From a virus (lineage: Duplodnaviria; Caudoviricetes), in the IMG/VR virus record IMGVR_UViG_3300044267_004855, positions 1 to 27,605 of that record: 27,605 bases of DNA; one strand, written 5' to 3'. The translations under genes were made by a program, and so were the position numbers. The notes under the pieces are model-generated. The model was not told the DNA's origin. It did not search any database and was given only the letters and a program-made list of their open reading frames with translations. Below are positions 17,001-24,600 of this stretch, piece by piece (the stretch's first letter is position 1; each line of letters begins with the position of its first letter).

Positions 17001-17063
17001 ATATCTACTTCTCCAATAGTTGAAAGGGTTAATCCTTTAAGATACTTAAATTATAATTCATAA
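5049..17063 (+). CDS. gp7: giant baseplate wedge initiator gp7-like protein, 4004 aa
   Basis: Lies between gp6 and gp8. N-terminal QLPDFIR..FP...EFLAQYY and KDFYSSKGT..SFEILFRALYG, internal DSDYYQYFSYSLKS...HTAGFKKF. Ser/Thr/Gly-rich beta repeats. Confidence 0.85.
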   Translation: MPENTRVKISTVVKNQLPDFIRADFPLAGEFLAQYYTALEGQGSTLDVLQNIDKYIKIDELTDLVKSTSLSTNVGIADNTLNVDSTTGFPDSYGLLEIDSEIITYTGITTNTFTGCSRGFSGITSYRSPNKPDELLFSQSGISTHSSGAIVNNLSIRFLQEFFSKVKTQISPGFEERALDDDINERLFIKQSKDFYSSKGTDQSFEILFRALYGKDVEVIKPRDYLFIPSDADYKVSKQLVVEALDGDPTDLINRNLFQDDDYGLPKANGAISNVEKIVRGEKVYYRLSLDYDRHLDEITGDFSIHPNTKLIDGVSIGSTVLSVDSTVGFGTTGTLIATYADNTFNAIKYTSKSLNQFYGCSGVDKEILPKQDLRLDTYAYGYSGVGTANVVKVRVTGVLSDLNLEFNGSYYNEEGGIIEPKGLGSLSKSEITKNLFSNVSTTYNVESIELIDSSNFTYKLTLHNNHDFKSGDDALINSISCSIISTVSSKEVLIKGSGELNSNVSYRIQRLLSKANLSNYPNASIYTTNIQNSYLEEDKVYIAAPSIPSYFNDALDIRETDITFSGTFEENSEITINNHGLITGERVIYVPGEGDNKLDISAGEYFVKKIDINTIKISKSNANISNDLYVSFTGTVTDNKFELSSFTQKSIESQKLIRKIQPPISSLIDQPTPQGKTGILVNGVEIANYKSNDAVYYGPIQNISVTAGGDNYDVVNPPILSVADGVGTGVSAYCEVQGAVERIDVVDEGFDYLTKPTIKISGGNGRGCIANVNLILKEHSLTFDSTEIGGYVNLTNNTIGFSTYHKFRDGELITYITDKQTAIAGLTTDAAYFCAVKDATTVSLHNKYTEAIAGVSSISLTGYGAGIQEIKCANKKRVVSSVSIGSSGFGYTNRLTSTSSAGINTATNIINIPSHGYKTGELIRYNNKSTPIIGLTTLTNYYVTAVDGGSFKLSAVGVGSTPANFYLRNKKYVELLSGGEGVNEFNYPPVTVSLEGHIGVSTLSGQDFNASLRPIVRGSIKSVYLADGGVGYGSSDIINYNRQPVFTPKKGKNAQLIPIISVDGKLTEVIVLNVGSEYNSPPDLKMVGPGKGTKIIPILKGGTIDSVKIVNSGVGHTSTDATITVIPNGDGAKFYSNPKTWTINRVERLIQNDQITTDDGIVSVGLNEEFGLQYSHLYAPRKLRQSVYIKKSVGDKEVFVPDLSIENDIEQVSVTHSPIIGWSYDGSPIYGPYGYTTNSGGPIKILESGYSPSISSDRPNPLTSSGEMVYSEGFFVEDYTYSSDKDLDEHNGRFCKTPEYPNGVYAYFALINPTVNDDEGSFKNYRKPQFPYFIGNSYKHQSIDYNFDYRSNQDLVDLNKTNLVRNTDPYNFLLTDTSYDFLVNPSNIHKQRTYIKSTTAGNIAEVGVNTGGSLYKVNDEVVFEDAGSSGYGSKAAVEFIRGKTVNQVSVAYTEFSNVEFILGEYTGQFVGYTTNPHNFYHNETTYISGLSTSGIQNNSLIRIGVTTDTFKLDNAVNASSSTGIVTYFNLDGYVRHPFLRSNDILGIGTECVKVLNVDSESSRIRVIREWNSTTGSAHTATTKVKQKPRRFTFNPRSKSNNDDLKLNNELYFNPSESIGLGTVSGVGIGSTIVFSNPGVGISEIFIPTKSLYFKDHGLLTGDALTYSTNAGAAVSVSTDGIDGFALTQGQTVYAAKITNDLIGIATARVGLGSTGSYVGINSTTTTSTLYFIGVGTGIYHSLKTNYDNVLTGSLSRSSVRVSTSSTHGLKPKDDVIFLAQPGITTTIKVAYNDYNRRLVIDPRSFSSGNVSVGNNTITISRHGYMNGQKIIHTATTSSGGLVDNGIYYVSIVDKNTVKLSNNYYDAIHSEPKVIDITSASAGTLSPVNPPINLEKNLKVYFDLSDSSLSFSDGGVSYSAFDFNLYSDPHLNNSFYTSGESDDFNVVSSGRIGIDTNANLTIKNVSEINETLYYNLSPINKLSNSLVKLEIVRDTTNVKNSNSANLRSNPLSGAHSLVGVGSTTFSFISPLLPQKLEYTLSDGEFEYITNSKNVEGPISSVKIENPGFEYKTLPGISTIISDNGINAILETKGPTIGRISKNVIQDIGFDYPADKTLRPEANIPQLIKLDLLTSLNTIGITSVGRNYLESPGLVLLDGLTDKIVRDVELDYELGDTQVSILKNTKTLNNVTPKLLPISNSNGIAINNIDYNSGTKDVTITIGASFSDAADYPFEVGKKVMIEGASVGLGSTGKGYNSENYNYTLFEILETDPNIGGSLGTVRYNLSNIIGDGEVPGAFKSNLSSAKIVAEEDFPIFDIKLKVDDFEKNESVIAGNKKGTLQSWNNYYGYLRVSSIQAFSLGDSFIGESSGTRGTITEVLIDNSLYDVNASSIVKEGFQKNTGFLNDGLQRIFDSDYYQYFSYSLKSEVEIEKWKEPVSSLNHTAGFKKFSDLIISNEQTLGISTIQDQTSFDVINDLISIMDMNTFFDFDLAREKTLNINSEIISDEVVFDSRILQDYNESLGNRVLTVDDISGDFNNNARTDAFMSVDSFTLASVRYRKYITFIRDKRYTKERQILLVSALHDDTGNIFLNQYGRVETNTDLGEFGGDLGSYDMDVSGDDGRLLFYPKKFKYNNYDVSNVAFNISDSVAGVGSTGLGGIVNVVSSTTTIPLGITTQHSIVSFATTYRGSKVLVSYAASDASYWEHDEITLIHDGTNVDMIEYGQLTTGNVGSASGEPGLGTYSAYIAGSRVHLDLHPTVSTASTYVANTVHVDFGNASSAGVGTTSLNTSQLDSRYTAISSSGSPSATTVAQYETETFNGAYYIVCVEDTTNSHYQISEVIVVDDGTTCYITEYAINQSVTNLGDFGAAISGDYTTLTFTPIASANVQVRVFQAALRLVDEANENTEIDLTNATIDTGYGAYTATETDVKRAFELKHRQLPIFKRDFVGSATTTVSLTEDTITLPDHYFVTGEQLSYRYTGSGTTSSIGITTQTITGYGSTDKMPSTVYAVKVDDSTLRLASSAENALKTTPTYLDITAVGVGTSHSFTSTKQNSRVVLSIDNVIQSPIVSTAVTTTITADVSATTDKIKLSGITSITGGDLLKIGSEIMKVDSVGLGATNVLLVTRPWMGTETDSYSDGTLITKVDGNYNIVDSTVNFFTAPVGLTPLSTTTNEPDERDWVGIATHSSFNGRSFMRSGITDSADEPYSKNYIFDDISSNFTGLTTEFTLQSDGSNIAGFSTSNALVLVNQISQGPQRYTGGVHVSGDYTLIENVGITSIQFTGSISSVASDPNSSNVPLGGVIVSVGSTEGLGYQPLVAAGGTAVVSGLGTISSVSIGNSGSGYRTGIQTIVNVGVQTLSTGAPNIEFIGTAAISGGNIVSIAITNPGTGYTSTNPPTVVIDEPLSYENMPLFYCSNQSGVGSEARANVVVGLGGSVIDFEIINQGYGYGETQKLTIGVGGTVGIPTAGATEFREFQLTVNETISDSFAGWTVGDFQVLDPLNSLFDGKTTSFALNLNGVQQTIQSKPGSNIDVEVAILVFINDILQVPGVGYEFKGGSYITFKEAPKSGDTSKILFYQGTGSVDVSSVDILETVKKGDEIKLYDESISLEENKRTVTTINSSDSVNTNLYPGPGITTNESFQRSVNWSKQTVDKFINGEAVTKDRPHYEPLIYPNTNIIQSVGVGSTVIFVSNIRPFFDNSKENYTEQTDIRIISQESKVGAYATSFVSIAGTVTSFDITNPGVGYTIAPSVSITTPIGLTTTQGARATATISGVGTVNAITVSYGGTTTGFAYTNTAAPSVLIGEPKSVTSIETIENVSYSGDFGIISGISTTSVGVASTGIVFDLLLPKDSLFRNAATVGTAITVSGITTGYYFTVFNSNVGASVTSLYQDGTVVGIGTSFLDNIYEVAQVSIAQTVGLGIGLTYVAQVTVSVQDYNGLTGLGHSEFFGEYSWGRIATSPRGKARVFTSYAGDSNGLVGISTSPIVERVNPLRYLNYNS

Positions 17064-17067
17064 ATAA
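17059..17067 (+). promoter_or_regulatory. late promoter overlapping the gp7 stop codon
   Basis: CATAAATAA ending 16 nt before the gp8 ATG. Confidence 0.75.
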
Positions 17068-17083
17068 CTAAAAAATCGTAAAA

Positions 17084-18652
17084 ATGTCAGCAATTATAAC
17101 TGATCAACTTAGAATATTGAATGCGAAGAATTTTGTCTCAGCTGCAACTTCTTCAGTTAATTCATATTATTCTTTTGTTGGTTTACCTAATGCTACCAAC
17201 TATTCTTCTACTTGGGATACTAATCCTCCTGCTCCTAAGGATAGTTTTGATCAAGAAGATGATTACTGGGATACTATGATTGCATTGAAGAAGATTACAA
17301 CTTCTGATGTACGTAGGGTGGTTACTAAGAATACTTGGACTTCAGGTATAACTTATGATATGTATAGGGGAGATATTAGTAGGACTAATACAGCAAAACC
17401 TTCTGGAGCAACTAGCTTATATTCAGCAAAATATTTTATAGTAAATGAAGATTATAAGGTTTATATTTGTCTTCAAAATGGGACAAATCCAGAAAATACT
17501 ACAGGAAGACCTTCTCTTGACCAACCTACCTTTACAGATTTAGAGCCCAGATCAGCAGGGGATAGTGGAGATGGTTATATATGGAAATATCTTTATACTA
17601 TTAAACCAGGAGATATTGCAAAGTTTGATTCAACTAACTTTATGCCTGTTCCTACTGATTGGGAAACAAGCACAGATAATGCTTCTATTAGAGATAATGC
17701 ATCTAATAGTGGACAATTAAAAATTGCTACTATTATTAATAGAGGAGCTGGTATAGGAACTGCTAATAGAACTTATACTGGAGTTCCAGTTGCTGGTGAT
17801 GGATCTGGAGCAGAAGCAACTATAGTTATCAATAATGATGCTAAAGTAGAATCTATTAATATTGCAAAAGGTGGTTCTGGATATACTTATGGTACTGTAG
17901 ATTTAGCTACTGGTGGGGTTCCTACTGGAACAACAAATCCAGTCTTTAATATTATTATCCCTCCCCAAGGAGGTCATGGTGCAGATATCTATAGAGAATT
18001 GGGTTCTACTAATGTTTTAGTTTATTCTAAAATTGAAAATGATGCAGAAAATCCAGATTTTATTACAGGAAACCAAATTGCTAGGATCGGAATAGTAGAA
18101 AATCCTCAAGCATTTGATTCAACTTCCAATTTAACTCTTTCTAAAGCTAGTTCTTTACATGCTTTAAAATTAATTGGAGCAGGATATACTACTGCTACCT
18201 TTAATTTGGATGGACAAGTTACTCAAACTGTAGGAGTAGGATCTACTGCTGTTGGTAGAGTTGTTTCTTATGATCAAACAACAGGTGTTCTTAAGTATTG
18301 GCAAGATAAAAGTTTAGTTGGTTTTAATACCGATGGATCTTTAAAAACTGATCCTACATATGGATATTCTTTACATGCATTTACAGCAATACCAACTACT
18401 GGAGGATCTGTAAATATTGCTAGTAATGAAGGTACTTTGGGAATAGATACTAATTTTGGTACATCAGGTAATCCTGGTATAAGTACTGTAATAAATAATA
18501 GAACTTATTACCTTGGACAGAGTTTTACACAAGGAATTTCTAATCCTGAAGTTGAAAAATACTCTGGAAATATAATTTATGTTGATAACAGACCTTCTAT
18601 TACTAGGTCTGCTAACCAAAGAGAAGATATCAAAGTCATTTTGCAATTCTAA
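17084..18652 (+). CDS. gp8: baseplate wedge subunit gp8
   Basis: MSAIITDQLRILNAKNF, YKVYICLQNG, DGYIWKYLYTI, PQGGHG, and C-terminal SGNIIYVDNRPSITRSANQREDIKVILQF. Confidence 0.93.
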   Translation: MSAIITDQLRILNAKNFVSAATSSVNSYYSFVGLPNATNYSSTWDTNPPAPKDSFDQEDDYWDTMIALKKITTSDVRRVVTKNTWTSGITYDMYRGDISRTNTAKPSGATSLYSAKYFIVNEDYKVYICLQNGTNPENTTGRPSLDQPTFTDLEPRSAGDSGDGYIWKYLYTIKPGDIAKFDSTNFMPVPTDWETSTDNASIRDNASNSGQLKIATIINRGAGIGTANRTYTGVPVAGDGSGAEATIVINNDAKVESINIAKGGSGYTYGTVDLATGGVPTGTTNPVFNIIIPPQGGHGADIYRELGSTNVLVYSKIENDAENPDFITGNQIARIGIVENPQAFDSTSNLTLSKASSLHALKLIGAGYTTATFNLDGQVTQTVGVGSTAVGRVVSYDQTTGVLKYWQDKSLVGFNTDGSLKTDPTYGYSLHAFTAIPTTGGSVNIASNEGTLGIDTNFGTSGNPGISTVINNRTYYLGQSFTQGISNPEVEKYSGNIIYVDNRPSITRSANQREDIKVILQF

Positions 18653-18658
18653 AGAATC

Positions 18659-21600
18659 ATGCCACAGGAAACCAATTTAAACGTCGCACCTTATTATGAC
18701 GACTTTAATGCAAATGACGCTTATTGTAAGATATTATTTAAACCAGGATTGCCAGTTCAAGCTAGAGAGTTAACTGGTATCCAATCTCTTCTTCAAGATC
18801 AGATTGAAAAATTTGGAAGCCATGTTTTTAAAGATGGAGCTTCTGTAACTGGTGGTGGAGTTAGATACAATGGAGCATATACTTCTGTTAGAATTAAAGT
18901 TTCTAATGAAGGAATAGATGTAGATTCTTATATTGATAGATTAATAGGTGAAGTAGTAATAGGTAGTGAATCAGGAGTAAAGGCAAAAATAAAATCATTT
19001 ATTACTAATCCTTTAGGGCAAGATTGGTATGTTGTATTCATTAATTATTTGAGTACTGGAGGTGAAAATAATGAAGTATTTACTAGTGGAGAAAGTTTAT
19101 TATTAGATAATAATATATTAACTACATCAGAAGGTACAACTTTTCAACCAGGAGAACCTATTGCACAAGTAGTTGATGGTATATGTGCATTTACTGGATC
19201 TGCTGCTGTATTATCTGCTGGTATATATTTTATAAGAGGATATTTTGTAGATGTTCCTGCACAAACTTTAATTTTAGATCCTTATAGCGATGCTATTAGT
19301 TTTAAAATTGGATTAAAAATTCAAGAAACTATTGTTACTTCTGATTTAGATGAAGATTTAACAGACAATGCTGCTGGATATAATAACTATACAGCTCCTG
19401 GTGCTGATAGATTAGCAATAAATGTACACTTAACAGCTGTATCACCACAAGATCCTAAACCATCTAATTTTATAGAATTGATGGAGGTTAAGGAAGGACA
19501 ATTAATTTTTGTACGTCCAGATGGTGATGAATATAATGAGCTAGCAAATGAATTTGCTAGAAGGACATTTGATGAATCTGGTAATTATTATACTAAACCA
19601 TATTCCTTGACTGCTAGAAATACTTTAAATGATTATGAAGGAAATAATGGAATTTTTAATGCTGATCAATCAACTTATAATAATAACACTCCAAGTGATG
19701 ATTTAGGAACTTATCAGATATCTCCAGGAAAAGCTTATATTGAAGGATTTGAAGTAGAAACTATAGTCCCTGCGTTTCTAGATTTTGAAAAACCAAGAAC
19801 TACAAAGCTTTTAACAGATCAAAGTATAAACTATGTTACAGGACCTACCTTCACTTTAAATAGAGTTTCAGGTTCTCCTATAATAGGAATAGGAACTGAT
19901 TATACTGTCAGTTTGAGAGACCAAAGAGTAGGTTCTGCTTCAACTACTGCTGCTGGTAAGGAAATTGGATTAGCACGCGTCTATGATTTTGCTTTAGAGT
20001 CTGGATCTTATAATACTTCAGTCCCAAATGAAAATGAATGGGATATTTCTTTATATGATATTCAAACTTATACTAATATAACTTTAAATACTAATCCAGT
20101 TAACGCTTTAATTGTTCCTACTCATATTAAAGGAAAATCTAGTGGTGCTACAGGATATTTAAGATATAACGCTACAGGCACTGCTGTTACTGCTTATAAT
20201 ACTAAAGGAATATTTGTTACTGGTGAGCAATTAATATTTAATGGAATAGAAAGTGGAAATATTTCAGTAGGATCTACTTCTTATAGTACTAATGATATTA
20301 AATCTATTAATGGTAATGTAAGTACAGCTAGTACTTTTAATGCAGATATAAAACAAACAGTATTTTCTCATATAGGAGAAGTAAACGTTAGTGCTGCTAC
20401 TACTTCAGGAACTTATTTGGGAATTTCTACAGTTACAAGTACTGATAAGAGTAAGTTTTTTGTAGGAATTGCTACTGTTGGTAATCTTGTATCTTATACT
20501 AATACTAATATTAGTGGAGTTAATACTACTTCTTATGCTAGAATTGAAAGTGTATCTCAAAATGCTTTAACTATATCTGGAGTTACTACTGTTACTGGTA
20601 TTTGCGAAGGAGGATTGCCTTTAACATCCATTAATCCAGCAAACTTTAAGATACTTACATCTCAATTCCAATCTTCTAGTGATAATACTTTATATACACC
20701 ATTACCTAAAAATAATATTTCAAATGTAGATATAACAGATTCTCATATTACAATTAGAAAACAGTTTGATGTAACTATAACCGATAATTCTACAGATACT
20801 ATTAGTAGTGGAAGTGCTTCTGAAACATTTTTACCTTATGATGAAGAAGATTATGTTTTAATAAGAAATGATGGTACTACAGAATCTTTATCATCTGATA
20901 AATTTGATTTTAATGTAGGATCTACTCAATTAGTTATTAATGGATTAGGAACTAATACTGGTGCTAAATTAATAGCTACTTTACGTAAAGTAAATGTAAA
21001 ACAGAAAATTAAAGAAAGGCAAAAGATTAATGTACTTAATATAGTTGGATCTGCTACTTCTATATCTGGTATAGGAACTACTACATTAAATGATGGTCTT
21101 ACTTATAATACTGTTTATGGAACTCGAGTTCAAGATGAGGAAATTTCTTTAAATGTTCCTGATGTGATGAAGATATATGCAGTATATGAATCTAAGGATG
21201 CTAATCAAGCAACTTTACCTATATTAACATTTAGTTCTATTAATAGTTCATCTGGAAAAACAGGAGATTTTTTAATTGGAGATACTTTTGTAGGTAATAG
21301 TGGTAATGCTATTGCCATATATGTTTCTAAAAGTAGTGATTCTGCTATTGAGTATACTCTTTTAAATGATTTTACTTTTCAAGTAGGGGAAGTTGTTACT
21401 TTTAGAGAATCTGGAATTACTGCTACAATAGGTTCTGTTACTTTAGGGTCTGAGAATATTAGTGATGAATTTACTTATGATGATGGGCAAAGAAGTACAA
21501 TTTATGATTATTCTAGAATAATAAGAAAATCAGGTTATGATGCTCCTTCTAAAAGATTGCAAATAATCTATGAGTCAGCTTATTTTACATCTTCAGATAC

Positions 21601-24600
21601 AGGAGATATTACTACTGTAGATTCTTATAATAATTTTGATTATAAGAATTTGCATTCTATTAATGGTATAAGAGTAAGTGATATCATTGATATAAGACCT
21701 AGAGTTTCTGATTTTTCTGGGACTTCAAGATCTCCTTTTGAATTTTTAGGTAGGTCTTTTGATTCATCTGGAAATTCTGCTCAAAACATTTTAGCATCTG
21801 ATAGATCTATTTTATTAGATTATTCATTCTATCTTCCTAGATTAGATAAAATTTATCTTACTAAAGGTGGAGCTTTTCAATTAGTTAATGGAATAGCAGC
21901 AGAATCTCCTGAATGGCCAGTTCCTATTGATGGAGCATTGGAGATTGCTTCTATAAAGCTTCCAGCATATCTTTTTGATGTAAATAATGCAAGTATTACA
22001 CTGGCATCTTATAAGAGATATCAGATGAGTGATATTAATAAACTTGAAAAGAGAATAGAAAATTTAGAATTTTACACATCACTCTCTTTATTAGAGAATG
22101 AAACCTTAAATATGCAGATTACTGATGCAGATGGTTTGAATAGATTTAAATCTGGTTTCTTCGTAGATGATTTTTCTGATACTGAAAATCAAATTAAGAA
22201 AACTGTAGTAAAGAATTCTATTGATTATAGAAATGGAGAATTGAGACCTTCTCCCTATACCACTGAGCTTGATCTTAAAATAGATATGAATAGTTTGAAT
22301 GGTATTAGAAGGACGGGTAATGTATTAACTTTAATGTATGATGAAATAGTACATGTATCTCAACTTTATGCAACTAGAGTTGAAAATCTTACTCCTTATT
22401 TGGTAAGTTATTATGGAGGAACTTTAACTTTAACTCCAGATTCTGATATATGGGTAGATGAAGTTGTACTTGAAGCTAAGAATGAAGATCTTACTACTTA
22501 TACCGAAAATGCAGAGCAGTTAGATCAAGCTGGATTTGATTCAAGAGCTGGATATGGTCCAGTAACTTGGGGTGCATGGAACGAAAATTGGACAGGATGG
22601 GGTCGTGATCAGCAGAGGATTGATACCCGTTGGGAGCATGGACAATTAAAAAGATACACATACCTCTATCAAACTAGGACTGGTACTAAAGAAAGAACAG
22701 GAACTAGATCATTAACTAAAGAAACATTTAGTACTGTTAATGATGGACCTAAAGTAATTAATACTGAAATAAGTTCTTATATGAGGTCTAGAAACATCAA
22801 ATTTGATGCTAGAACTCTAAAACCTTCAACTGGTCTTTATGGATTCTTTGATGGTCAAAATATATCTAAGTATCTTATTCCTAAACTTCTTGAGATATCA
22901 ATGACTACTGGAACCTTCCAAGTAGGAGAAACTGTTATAGGAACTAATAATGAAGGAACAGAATTAATTAGATTTCAAGTTGCACAAGCAAATCATAAGA
23001 GAGGGAATCCAATAAGTCCTAATGAAATTTATACTCTCAATCCTTATTATCAATTTACTTCTCTAACTAAAACTTCAACAGGAACAACCTTAGGTGCTGT
23101 TATAGTTGATACTATTGTACCTGATTCTGGAGATAATACATCTACAGATGCTTCTGCTGCTTCTGATATTAGCAATATTCCTGAATTATATTCTTCTACT
23201 TCAGTTATTCTTAATATAAATTTAGATTCTTTAGCTGAAAAAGCTGATAATACTTATCATGGATATGTAGAAAAAGGTCTTAAATTAGTAGGACAAACAT
23301 CTAATGCTCAAGCTACAATTTCTAATTTAAGACTTAGAAGTGATCAGTTGGGAAGTATTTTAGGTTCTTTCTTTATTCCTAATCCTAATAATATAACTAC
23401 ACCAAAATTTGATACTGGTAAGAAAGTCTTTAGACTTACAACTAGTCCAGTTAATAGTAATATAGCAGGAAATGTTGCTAGTGATGTTAGTGGAATATTT
23501 GAAGCTTCTGGAAGTATTAATACTATGCAATCTACTATTATTAGTGTGAAGAATATTCATACTGATATGATAACAAGGGTAGAAAGTCAATCTTTAGGAA
23601 GTGATAGTAGAAGTCAATTGGTTGCTGCTACTACAATTGGTTCAAATGGTGGTAATGGTGGTGATAGTACTCCAGTAGAGGATACTGTAGAGACTATTAC
23701 AGTTATTGGAGATCCAAGTACACCAGACGATAATGTAGTTGTTGAAATAGGTCCTGATGGTATTGGTGGAGCAAATGCTACTTATATTGATGTGGTACCA
23801 GCATTAGATAATCAAACAGCAGCACAAAATTGGTCAGACAGTACTAATTATACTCCTAAGATAAGTGGTAGTCAAAATTCTCATGGTACTGGATTTATTA
23901 TTCAAACAAATAGTTCTGGGAATAATACTGTAGAGTCTAACGACCCTATATCAAATGCATATGCTCAATTAGGTGAGCCACCCCCATCTGAGGGTGCTAT
24001 GAAGTATTGGACTGCATCAATTGCTAAAGAAGGAATTACTGATCCTCAAGCAGTCCAAGATAGGATGAAGGAGCATATTAATTGGGCTAATGCTAGAACT
24101 GAACAGGAGTTAGCTGATTTTGGTGAAAAACATAAAGATATATTAGAAGCACATTTTGAAGATATTGAGAGTGAAACTGGATTAGCTCAAGGTGAGTATG
24201 ATCCTAACACAAATAGTAGTTTAAAGAAAAATTGTGGACATGGACAGCAAGATCCTCTTGCTCAATCATTCTGGGTTCCTCATGGAGTTGGAATTTATGC
24301 TACTAGAGTAGATCTCTATTTTGGAAGTAAAGATCAATTTTTACCCTGTAGCGTTCAATTAAGAACAATGCAAATGGGTATGCCAACAACTGAAATAATT
24401 CCTTTCGGTGAAGTGGTATTAAATCCAGATCAGATTAATGTATCTGATGATGCTAGTCTTAGAACAACTGTGAGATTCCCTTCTCCAGTTTATCTACCTG
24501 GTGGAAAGTCTTATGCATTAGTTCTTTTATCAAACAGTAATGAGTATACTGCTTGGATTTCTAGAATGGGTGAAGTTGATGTTCAAACAAAGGATAAACC

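Noticed and set aside
3423-23590. Short minus-strand ORFs inside gp6, gp7, gp8 and the VrlC-like gene (3423, 7581, 9782, 15410, 15882, 16436, 18464, 23360)
   Set aside because: Shadow frames expected from codon bias, with no recognisable motifs.
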